Part shown: positions 46,830-56,179 of the stretch, one piece after another
Layout: each line of letters starts with the position of its first letter
Position numbering within the stretch: the first letter of the stretch is position 1
Origin: a virus
Reading direction: 5' to 3' (one strand)
IMG/VR virus record: IMGVR_UViG_3300046463_000247
Coordinates: 34,046 to 98,045 of that record
DNA length: 64,000 nucleotides
The notes under the pieces: generated by a model
Seen by the model: only the letters and a program-made list of their open reading frames with translations
The model's database searches: none
What the model was told of the DNA's origin: nothing
Program-made: the position numbers and the translations under genes

Positions 46830-47128
46830 TCGTCGTCCTTGTATTCGCGCTTGGCGTTGGTCCGGTTATCCGGGTTCAGCGTGCCGTCGATGCGCTTCGC
46901 CTCAATCCACGAGGTCCACGGGTCCGGCTCGACCTTGAAGTAGAAGCCGTCGCGGTTCTGCACCAGCAGTCCCATTTCCAGCAGCTTGCCGAGAATCGCG
47001 CCAGCGGTGCGCCCGTGCGCGGTGGCAAGGGCTTCGAGGTCCATGCCCTGCGCCAGCCGTTCACGAAGCTCGCGCCGTTCTTCCAGCAGCCATGTCTTGC
47101 CCGCGTTGCGGGGCGGGGTCGTGCTCAC
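46826..47128 (-). CDS. Small Myb/HTH-like protein
   Basis: NAGKTW..EE...L....G.....A..HGRT.GAI..KL..MGL pattern. Confidence 0.55.
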   Translation of the reverse strand: MSTTPPRNAGKTWLLEERRELRERLAQGMDLEALATAHGRTAGAILGKLLEMGLLVQNRDGFYFKVEPDPWTSWIEAKRIDGTLNPDNRTNAKREYKDDE

Positions 47129-47451
47129 TCCAGGTCCTCCCACTTCACCACCTCGAACTGGGCGATGCCCTCGCCGTCCGTGTGGTGCCACCAGAAGCCG
47201 ATGCCGTCGATGCGCGCCTTCACGTCAGACGGCTCGATCAGGCTGAAGCCTTGCAGCATCGTCACGCCGCGCAGTGCCAGCTTCTCCAGCGCCTGTGTAC
47301 GGTACTGGAGCACCAGAGCATCCAGTTCGTCATGCGCGGCCTTCTGGGCGCTGTCTCGCAGCAGCCGGGCCGCATATACCACCTGGTCATGCAGTTCTTC
47401 GGCCTTGTGGATGTTGCGCCATTCAGTTTCGGCTTTCTGTTTGGGGTTCAT
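47125..47451 (-). CDS. Hypothetical protein
   Basis: First gene after the promoter at 47490-47518. Confidence 0.55.
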   Translation of the reverse strand: MNPKQKAETEWRNIHKAEELHDQVVYAARLLRDSAQKAAHDELDALVLQYRTQALEKLALRGVTMLQGFSLIEPSDVKARIDGIGFWWHHTDGEGIAQFEVVKWEDLE

Positions 47452-47730
47452 CGTTCGGTTGCCCTCTGGGTTGTGATTGTGTAAGGGTCATTGTGCCCTC
47501 ACTGTAAGGGATTGTCAAACGCTCTTTGCAATCAGTTGCAAAAAAGCCCCTTGCGGGGCCGGGTGTTGCGGTGGAGTGCGGGCGCGATCAGATACGCAGG
47601 AGTTTCGCCGGGTGCGCGGTCCGGTAGCTCGTGTCGGGGGTGTGCCGCTCGGGCGCGCGGGGTGCCTCGGCCTTCAGCAGACCGACCGCCAGCAGGAACC
47701 CGGCGACGAGGCCGATCAGGATTCCGCGCT

Positions 47731-48060
47731 TCACAGCACCGGCTCCCACAGCATCGAGCCGACCGGGCGGGCCATCATTTCGCGGGCCACCATCTTGTGC
47801 AGCGGCGCGCGGCGGTCGTCGCACTTGGCCGGGTCCTCGCAGCGGCCACCGTAGACGATCACGCCATCCGAGTTGAACAGCGCGAACTCGTGCGTCCAGT
47901 CGGTGTCGCTCGTGTAGCCCCGGATGAACTCGCGGCGTTCGGCCACCGGCATCTTCTCCAGTTCTTCCTTGGCCTTGTCGGACACGAACACGGTGCCCCA
48001 GCCGATCCGGTTGTGTGTCTTGGCGTGATCCGAGCGATCCATCGTGATTACCCACTTCAT
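47731..48060 (-). CDS. Hypothetical protein
   Basis: Hairpin SD after the promoter at 48096-48123. Confidence 0.55.
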   Translation of the reverse strand: MKWVITMDRSDHAKTHNRIGWGTVFVSDKAKEELEKMPVAERREFIRGYTSDTDWTHEFALFNSDGVIVYGGRCEDPAKCDDRRAPLHKMVAREMMARPVGSMLWEPVL

Positions 48061-48535
48061 TTCCGCACTCCTTGCGCAGTTATCTGATGCTTTTAATTCT
48101 AGCGCAAGCGTGCGGCGTGTCAAACAGACTTTGCAATTCTTTGCCGGTCTTTTGTAACACGGTGTTCTATTTCCGGGCTAGAACTTCACGAAGCCGGGAC
48201 GTTTTGCAATTGATTGCACGGGCATTCGGCGAGGCCGCGCCATTCGAAGCCGCCGAGCCAGCCGCAACTCCGAAGGTCCGTGCCGCCCGCTCGACCCACT
48301 TCCTTGGCCTTGCCGTTCTCGACCTCGATATAGGCGACGGTGCCCTCTTCGTTCGTCAGCCCGGCGCGCTCGTACTCGAACGGCGAGCCCTTCCAGTCCC
48401 GCTTGCGGACTTCGTACCAGCCGCTGCGTGCCGGAGGCTCACCGCTCACGTTGAACCACTGGGTGCGCGGTGCGGTGGCGAACGGCTCACGGATCGCGAG
48501 GATCGTCGGGTCGGTCTTCATCTTCATGGGCGTGC

Positions 48536-48718
48536 TCATTGTCGGTTCAGGTAGCGGGTCAGTCGGAGCAGCTTCGTGGCGGCGTACACCACGAGGCCAG
48601 CGAGGATCAGGTGCCACGGGTTGTGCGTCGTGACCAGCAGGTAGACCTCGCCGACGACCAGTGCGACCAGACCGGCCACCACCAGCAGGAACAGCGCGGC
48701 GTAGAGTTTGAAGATCAT
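48536..48718 (-). CDS. Small two-TM membrane protein
   Basis: Two hydrophobic segments in 60 aa. Confidence 0.5.
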   Translation of the reverse strand: MIFKLYAALFLLVVAGLVALVVGEVYLLVTTHNPWHLILAGLVVYAATKLLRLTRYLNRQ

Positions 48719-49020
48719 GCGACCACCTTGGCGTCGGGTGCGACCCAGCCGTGCTGCACGCGCAACTGGTGCAGCCGGGCCGCGTAGGCGAGCGTCGAGT
48801 CAGCGTTCATCGCAGCGCGGAGTTTCTTCAGCGCGCCGTCCAGCGTGTAGGTCGGGCTGATCACCGTCGCTAGGTCGTCGTCCGTGCACGTCACCGCGAT
48901 ACGCGTCCACTCGTCGGCCTGTTCCGGCTCGTTCATCGACGCGTAGTGCGTCGCCTGGCTGGCCGCATGCTGGCGGACTTCGGCCAGTAGCTCCATCTTC
49001 CAGTCGGGCATCTTTGCCAT
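48715..49020 (-). CDS. Hypothetical protein
   Basis: AGGAG SD, coupled to the next gene. Confidence 0.55.
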   Translation of the reverse strand: MAKMPDWKMELLAEVRQHAASQATHYASMNEPEQADEWTRIAVTCTDDDLATVISPTYTLDGALKKLRAAMNADSTLAYAARLHQLRVQHGWVAPDAKVVA

Positions 49021-49065
49021 TGCTAGGCTCCTGTGAAAACCGCCCCTTTCGGAGCGGCTGGCGGG

Positions 49066-49332
49066 TTAGTGGACGAGCTTCAGGACGAGGGCGGATATGA
49101 GGCCGGTCTGGATCACGCCGACCCCCACCATCGCGAGGATCATCTGCACCTTGGTCTCGGACAGCGCAGCGCGCAGGTCGGACGCTGTAACCAGCAGGTC
49201 CTGCTTGGTGGCGACCTGCCCTTCCAGCGCGCGGTTCACTGCGTTCGCGAGTGTTTCCGCATTGTGCTCACTGAGGGTGCCATCCGAGGTCAGGTCCTTG
49301 ATCAAAGCGTGTGTGTCGATAAATGCTGCCAC
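49066..49332 (-). CDS. DUF1640/CCDC90-like coiled-coil protein with a C-terminal TM anchor
   Basis: IDTHALIK.L..G.LSE..AE.L...VATKQDL...TM. Confidence 0.65.
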   Translation of the reverse strand: MAAFIDTHALIKDLTSDGTLSEHNAETLANAVNRALEGQVATKQDLLVTASDLRAALSETKVQMILAMVGVGVIQTGLISALVLKLVH

Positions 49333-49376
49333 TTCCCGCACTCCTTGCAGTAGGTTGTTTTGTTGACTACCCCTGT

Positions 49377-52300
49377 AGTATAGCACAATCGCTGGTTTAG
49401 TCAAACAATTGCAATTGATTGCAAAACCCGGTCAGCCCAGCTTCTCCCAGTCGCCCCGCGCGATTGCGGCCTTGCTGACGAACCACGCCATCAGCGCTTT
49501 CAGTTCCTCGAAGGTTGCAGCCGCCTCGATGCGCTCGCCCAGCACGTCGCGGGTGGCGTCGTCCCAGTAGTCCTGCGGGGTATCGTACGAATACTGGCGG
49601 GCGCGGTTCGCGATGCTGGCCTCCAGTTCAGCGAGGTCTAGTTCGTAGCTCATGCTGTACCTCTACCATACGCGGCGCTGAACTCGTGCATCAGCGTGAT
49701 CGCTACTATCTGGAATGCCGCCGACTCCGGTTTGCCTTCGAAGCGGCGGGCGTATTCGCCGTACAGCGGCTTGTCGGTGAGCACCAGCAGCAGTTCCAAC
49801 CAGGAGAGCCCGCCCCGCTCTGCGAGCCTGTCCACGGTCTGCCCGTGGTTTGCCAGCGCCTGCTTCTCGTGGCGCTTCACGAGGTCGTACGGCACTACCA
49901 GCGGCGAGTGGAAGTGCTGTTCCCGGCACCGTCGCACGCATGAGTCCAGTATCGGGAACGTCTTCATGCCGCCTCCAGCACGCGCTTGCCACCCTTGAAC
50001 GCGAACGCCACCGGCTTGGCAGGCGGGACAAACGGCTCAGCCAGTACGGTGCCGCCCTCGTCAGTCAGCACGCCAGGCTGGCCGAATGCGTTGACCATCT
50101 GCTGCGCCTCGATGTGCGCGTCCTCGATCATGCTGGCGTCGAGCTTCTGGATGCCGGGGCCGATCTTCAGGCGGAAAGGTTTCTTCATGGCCTCAGCCCC
50201 CCAATGCTGCTTGCGTAGAAGCCGTCCGAGTACTCCAGCACCCGGTTGCTCATAGTGTCGTCCGTCGTTTCCACCAGCAGCAGTTCGCCGTAGCGTCCGT
50301 CCGCCTGGGAGTACGCCTCCAGCACTATTCCATGCTTGCGGCATACCTCGGCCAGTTCGTCCACTGCGGCCTGTAGCTCTTCTTTCGTCTTCATGCTCAG
50401 TCACCCCACCGGCTCAGGTCTTCGTCCACCGCTTCTTCCGGCGTATCGTCTTCCTCGCGGTCTTCCCAGAGCGCCAGTGCAAAGTCGCGCGCCTGCGGGG
50501 TCGATACCCCTGCCCTGTCCACGTAGCGGGTCGTGGCCCGTGTAATCCATTCTTCCTTCGTCATCCTATGCCTCGAATTTATGGCCGACAGCGATGTCTT
50601 CGGCCTTCATCAGAGTATCGCACATGATCTCGGTCTCCGACTCCCGGCCCCATGAGTTGTACCGCACCTTCACCCACCAGTGCCCGTATTCGTAGCGGGG
50701 CTGGGCCAGCACGCGCACCACCACGCAGTCCACGAGGTTCATCCGCCGTTCTCCCGGTCGTCCTGCACCAGAATCTGAATCGCCGTCTCGCCACCCTGCA
50801 CAATGCGCTCTTCCAAGGTCTGCGTGGAGAAGCCCCGGTCGATCAGGGTCTGGTAGGCGTCACGCTCCAGCACCGCCTTCTCGGCTCGGCCTAGCGCGCG
50901 CTCGTACTCGCGCAGCGGGCGGGTCACCAGCAGGTCGGTGCGGAGATTGGCGGGCAGGTTCTTCAGCACCTCCATCGCGAGCGACGCCTGGCTGAGGTCC
51001 TTGTACTGACGCATGCGCGCGGCAATGCGGGCGAGTTCGTCGGCTGCGTGTTGCATGCCCGCTGCGATCTGGTCGATCACCTCGGCAGTCGGTTCGACGT
51101 TCAGTTGCTGGGTCATGGTGCCACCGCCTTGTAGCCACGGTCGTACACGATGCGCGCCACGACTGCGTACGTCTCGGCGTCCACGATGTTGGCGGTCTCG
51201 CACAGGTTGCGGCAGCGGTCCACCGCCTCGACCTTGGCTTCTTCGAGTTCGGTTGCGTGCATCGGGCGCACGACCCCGGATTGAAACGACAGGACCAGTA
51301 TCACGGTGCCTCCTGAAAGAACGACCAGCACGCCCAGCCGGGCGAGGTCTGCATGTTGATCTTGCGGCCCACGTCGGCCTTGCGGATATGGTACGTCGCG
51401 TGGCCGTGGCCCAGGTAGTTGGGCTTCTGCGCGCCGATGTCCGACTCTTCTATCTCGAACGTCTGTTCATCGAACGTGCCATCACCGCCCCACGCGTTCT
51501 TGCGCGTCACGCGCTTCTTCTCGGTGAGTGCTTTCATGCGAAAGGCCCCTCCACGTAAATTTCCTTGCGGATCGTGCCCGGGTAGCTCACCACCGTTGAC
51601 ACCAGCCGCAGGCACGTCCCCACGTCGATGTTGGCGGGCACCGGCTCGTTGCCACCGTACAGCACGTCGGTGATGTACTGCTCCGTGCGCCCGTCCTGCT
51701 TGAGGATCACGCGGGCCGCGTTGCATAGGGCGTCGCGGTCGTTCACGCGGACGAAAGTCTTGACCTCGTACAGGTTGCTCGCCATCACAGCGGCCCGAAG
51801 TCGTTGGTCGGCTCGCGCTCCATGCCCGAGTACTTGGTCCACAGCTTGTCGTTGAACGACTCGTAGCGGGCCACGTTGGCGATGAAGGTCGGGGTCGGGA
51901 AGGTGCTGTACGCGTCACGCGGGCGGAACACCTGCTCCAGCGTCTCCGGGTTGTTGCCGGTCAGGATCGCGATTTCCCGCAGGAAGCCCCCTGCCACACG
52001 GTTGTACTGGTAGCACGCTTCGGCCCACTCGCGCATCAGCTTCTCGCCGTCCATGTCCGGCCCGAACAGGTTCTGGAACGCAGTGTCCACCTGCTCATAC
52101 ACAGGATTCAGTAGCTTGGCGATCTCGAAGATGCGCTTGGCGTGGACGGTGATCGGTGCGGGCGTGCGGCCCGTCTGAGTGCCCTTGTCCATCGTGTAGG
52201 TCTTGGGATCGAATCGGTCGTCTGACTCAGGTGCCTTGGGCGTCATAGCCGCTACGTGGGCGCTTGCCGCCTCTTCTGCGGTCTTGCCCAGCCCGAAGTA

Positions 52301-52499
52301 ATACGTGGCAGCGTTCCAGTCTACCGTGCCCACCAGCGACGGCACAGCCTTCACCACGTGCTCTTCGAAGGCGGTCATCCACTCGGCCTGCTGCTCTGCT
52401 TTACTCTTCGCCATGTTCACTCCTTGAATGTGGCTGTTTTGAACTAAAGCCAGTATAGCACAATCGCTGGTTTAGTCAAACATTTGCAATTGATTGCAA
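49377..52499 (+). repeat. 48-bp direct repeat (47/48 identical) at 49377-49424 and 52452-52499
   Basis: AGTATAGCACAATCGCTGGTTTAGTCAAACA(A/T)TTGCAATTGATTGCAA, i.e. promoter plus palindrome. Confidence 0.9.
51785..52414 (-). CDS. Hypothetical protein; first of a coupled run of ~9 short ORFs extending to 49432
   Basis: Hairpin SD after the promoter at 52452-52479; downstream ORFs overlap by ATGA/GTGA. Confidence 0.6.
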   Translation of the reverse strand: MAKSKAEQQAEWMTAFEEHVVKAVPSLVGTVDWNAATYYFGLGKTAEEAASAHVAAMTPKAPESDDRFDPKTYTMDKGTQTGRTPAPITVHAKRIFEIAKLLNPVYEQVDTAFQNLFGPDMDGEKLMREWAEACYQYNRVAGGFLREIAILTGNNPETLEQVFRPRDAYSTFPTPTFIANVARYESFNDKLWTKYSGMEREPTNDFGPL

Positions 52500-53253
52500 C
52501 TCAGGTCCACGAGTGCATCACGGCGAAGTTGTCGAGCGCACGCAAGGCGGTGCGGGCCAGCGCCAGTTCACTGCCGATGCGCTTGTCGATCTCGGTCTGC
52601 ACGACGCCCTTGTCTGGCCCCTGCCTGCGGCGCACCACCGCCACGTCGGGCTGGTCGAGGAACGTGAGGGCGCGGGTTAGCTGATCACGAATGCGGTCGA
52701 TCTCGGCGCGCTGCTTGCGGGTCAGGGTTGCCATCGTTGCGCTCCAGTTGGACTACGCGCCCAGTCTAGCCCACCGCAGTGCGGCGGCGAGCGTCAAGGT
52801 CACTGCATGTTTCGCCAGCACCTTCAGGTCGTCTTCGATGTAGATGGTTTTCGGCATGAACGACCATGCGTCGATGCGGGCGTGGTAGTAGCGCAGCGCG
52901 CGGCTGTGCAGCCAGAAGTTCTTGTACACGTAGGGGAGTTCGCCACCCCAAGGGAGTGGTGTTTTCAGGCCGGGTGCGTAGGTGCGGACCTGGTAGCGCC
53001 ACGAATGGGCACCTGTGCGGTCGGATACGAGGGCGATCTCCGCGATGCCCCCGCTCCTGACCTGGACCAGCTTTCTGAGGCCGTTTTTCACTGCCGACTC
53101 CTTCGGGTTGTGTGGTTGCCTGAGACACAATTTAACACAACCCTGCGGTTAGTCAATCAGTGCGGTCGGTTTTTGCAATTGATTGCAACTTTTGTGGCGG
53201 ATTCCACGCGTACAGCCATGCGCGCCACCACAGCGTCGTGAGCGTCAGCAGGC

Positions 53254-53697
53254 TCATGCGCCGGTACTGCCGAAGCCAGCGGCACCACGGGCCGTGTCGT
53301 CCAGTTCATCGGCTTCCTGAAACTGCACGAACGGTACGGGCTCGACCATGGCCTGTGCGATGCGGTCGCCATGCTTGACCAGCAGAGTGCGGCCATACGG
53401 GCTGTCACAGGTCAGCTTCACCTTGACCTCGCCCCGGTAGTCGCTGTCGATGATGCCCACGCAGTTGGCGAGCCGCGTGTCCAGGTTGAAGCCATGCCCG
53501 CTGCGGCTGTATATCTTCATCACGTAGCCCTTCGGCACCGCGAACGCGAGTCCGGTATCCACGACCACCGGTCGGCCCTGCTCCACCAGCAGCACGTCGT
53601 CCGGCACGTACGCCTCCAGGTCGAAGCACGCGGCACCCTCGGTCGCGTAGGCGGGCAGGTTGACGTTCGGGTACAGCCTCTTCACTTTCACCAGCAT
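53254..53697 (-). CDS. dut: dUTPase (trimeric)
   Basis: AACFDL, RSG, GIIDSDYRGE, RIAQ, RGAAGFGSTG (motifs I-V). Confidence 0.95.
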   Translation of the reverse strand: MLVKVKRLYPNVNLPAYATEGAACFDLEAYVPDDVLLVEQGRPVVVDTGLAFAVPKGYVMKIYSRSGHGFNLDTRLANCVGIIDSDYRGEVKVKLTCDSPYGRTLLVKHGDRIAQAMVEPVPFVQFQEADELDDTARGAAGFGSTGA

Positions 53698-54642
53698 GTC
53701 TTGTCCTTTGCAATTGATTGCAGAATTCAGTCTTCGCCCACGATCACCAGCAGCACGGCCAGTAATGCGGCCAGCCACGGCATGTGAGCGGCGATGGCGG
53801 TCATCAGCGCGATAAACACGGGCACGACGACCATCACGTTCTCCCCTGTGCGCGGCAGGCGCGGCAGCGGGTCCCGCTGTATATCCACTTCCCGCATTTC
53901 CTCACCTTGCACTTCTTCACGTCGTAGCGGGGGCGTCCACCGCCTGTATGCCGCCGCCAGAACTCTTCGCGCCACGCCATCTGCGCCATCAGCCACGCCC
54001 ACATGAATCGGATCATGCCCCCTCCTGTGCGAATGCCTCCTGCCTGGCCTGCGTCTGCTGGTACATGCTCGCCTGCATCATGACCGCATGGAAGGGCTCG
54101 GCAGGTATCAGGTAGAACGACCTACCGGCGTAGGCCAACGGGACCGGCTGGGCGCGATCTGCGTGCTTTGCCAGGGCATCCATGGCGCGCTTGCGCTGCC
54201 ACGTGGCGAAGCCCCAGCCCACTACGAACGCGGCGGCTACGGCGAGGGCGATCATTTCAGCACCCCACCCACGATCCACACGATCATCGACACCAGCGAT
54301 GCGGAGCCGACCATAAAGACGCGGGCCACGCCCGTCCAGTCGTCGGACGGCCACAGCACGGACCACAGGTACAGCAGCACGGTCACCAGCAGCGGCACAT
54401 GCCACCATGCGAGGTCGAAAGCTATGTGCATGTCGATCCCTTATTTGACGTGTGCGCCGACCCACTCACCCGCCGCCCACGCGGCGACCGGCTGGCCGTC
54501 CCTGCCCCAGATGACCAGCACCCCGGCGTCGATCTGGAACGACATGCCCTGCACGGTCTCCCGCACCATCTTGCCGTCACGGCGCATCGTCACATCGAAT
54601 TCCGTTTCCTGCGTATTCGGTTTCTTGCTCATGGTCGGCCCC

Positions 54643-56097
54643 TTACTTGACGATGCACCAGCCCGCGAACTCGCCGAAGCGGAACACTTCGCGCGCACCC
54701 AGTTGCGTGAACAGCAGCATGTCGGGGCGAATCGGGCGCTGCGCACCTGCGAGGCTCAGTTCCTTCAGGATGATCTCGTCAGCCGGTACACCAGCGGCTA
54801 CCTTGCCTGCCAGCGTGAGGCGGTGCGTGACCGTGCCCAGATAGCCGTCGAACGTGTCTGTCTTGTCGAAGATCACTAGGCAACCACCCGGGTTGAGCTT
54901 GTCCACCATGCGCTTGAGCACGTCGCGCTGTTCCATCGGCGGCAGGAACATTAGCAGCAGGAAGCACACGCCGAAGTCATACGGCTGATACTCGAAGTCC
55001 CGCACGTCCGCCACTTCGAACTCGCCGACACCGCGCCACACGTTCGCCATTTCCTGACTGTTGTCGAGGCTCACCGCGCGCACGCCGCGTTTCTCGATCT
55101 CCTTCTTCAGGGCCAGCGTGATATTGCCGGTCGATGCGCCCATGTCGTACATGCGGCCACCCTGCGGCAGGTAGTGGCGACCGAAGTGCGCGACGAGGCC
55201 GGTTGCCATGTCGTACCACGGAAGCTGCTCGCGCACGTGCAGGTCGAAGTTATCGGCGATGCTCTGGTTGTGGAAGGACCAGTCCACGGGGATGTCCATG
55301 CCGCGCGTGCCCCGTGCGTCGCGGTCGTGTTCGTACTGCTGGGCGGGGGTCAGCTTCAGGGCGTCGGACATGGCGTTCTGGATGTTGTCGCCACCGTAGG
55401 CGGCGTAGGCGTCACCCGGTATGGGCTCACCGTGGGCTTCGCGGGGCATCGGTTGATACGGATGATCGGTCTTGTCTGCGGAGCCGTCTACGAGGTTGGC
55501 TTCCTGCTCGATGCGCGCGGTGTTGAACGCGGTGAAGTCGTCTACACCAGCGACGCCGCCCACCTCTGCCTGCTCTCTGCCGTCAAAGTCGGGATCACGA
55601 AAGGAACCCACACCCTCGGATGCGAAGGTCGCTCCGCTCTGGATGATCTTGTAGGCGGCACTGTTCGGGTCGGGCGTGAAGCGGGCGGCTGCACCCACGG
55701 CGGCGTCGATGTCGGCCTGCGTGACCGTCTTCACCTCTGGCGTGCCGGTGGCGATGGCCTTGTCGAGATCGGCCTTGCCTGCGGGTGCCGTCTTGGCGGG
55801 TGTGACCTTACCCTTGACGACTGTCGGGGCACGGCGTTCGGCGCGCGGCTCTTCGGGCAGGCGCTTGGCGGGCTTGGTCGGCACGTTGTAGTTGGTCTTG
55901 CTGGCGACAGCGGAGCGCGTCTTGGCCTTCTCCACTTCCACCCGGGCGGGGGCCAGCTTGCCCTCGTACTCAGGCGCGACCTGCTTCGTCACGTCTTTCG
56001 CCTTGAAGTCCCCGGAGGTGCCGAAGCCGGTCACCTGGCCGAACGGGGTACGTGCGTCAACGATAGGGCGTACGCAGCCCTTTATGCCGTTTGTCAT
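54643..56097 (-). CDS. CmoA-like class I SAM-dependent methyltransferase with a long N-terminal extension
   Basis: DWSF...IADNFD.HVREQLPWY...YDMGASTG, DNSQEM, LMFLP, LNPGG..VIFDK. Confidence 0.75.
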   Translation of the reverse strand: MTNGIKGCVRPIVDARTPFGQVTGFGTSGDFKAKDVTKQVAPEYEGKLAPARVEVEKAKTRSAVASKTNYNVPTKPAKRLPEEPRAERRAPTVVKGKVTPAKTAPAGKADLDKAIATGTPEVKTVTQADIDAAVGAAARFTPDPNSAAYKIIQSGATFASEGVGSFRDPDFDGREQAEVGGVAGVDDFTAFNTARIEQEANLVDGSADKTDHPYQPMPREAHGEPIPGDAYAAYGGDNIQNAMSDALKLTPAQQYEHDRDARGTRGMDIPVDWSFHNQSIADNFDLHVREQLPWYDMATGLVAHFGRHYLPQGGRMYDMGASTGNITLALKKEIEKRGVRAVSLDNSQEMANVWRGVGEFEVADVRDFEYQPYDFGVCFLLLMFLPPMEQRDVLKRMVDKLNPGGCLVIFDKTDTFDGYLGTVTHRLTLAGKVAAGVPADEIILKELSLAGAQRPIRPDMLLFTQLGAREVFRFGEFAGWCIVK

Positions 56098-56179
56098 TAT
56101 GTCTGGTCCTGAGTTTTTGCAATTGATTGCAAGACGCCGTACCCCTACGACGCCCTGTTTGCTGCTGAATCTGGCGGCT

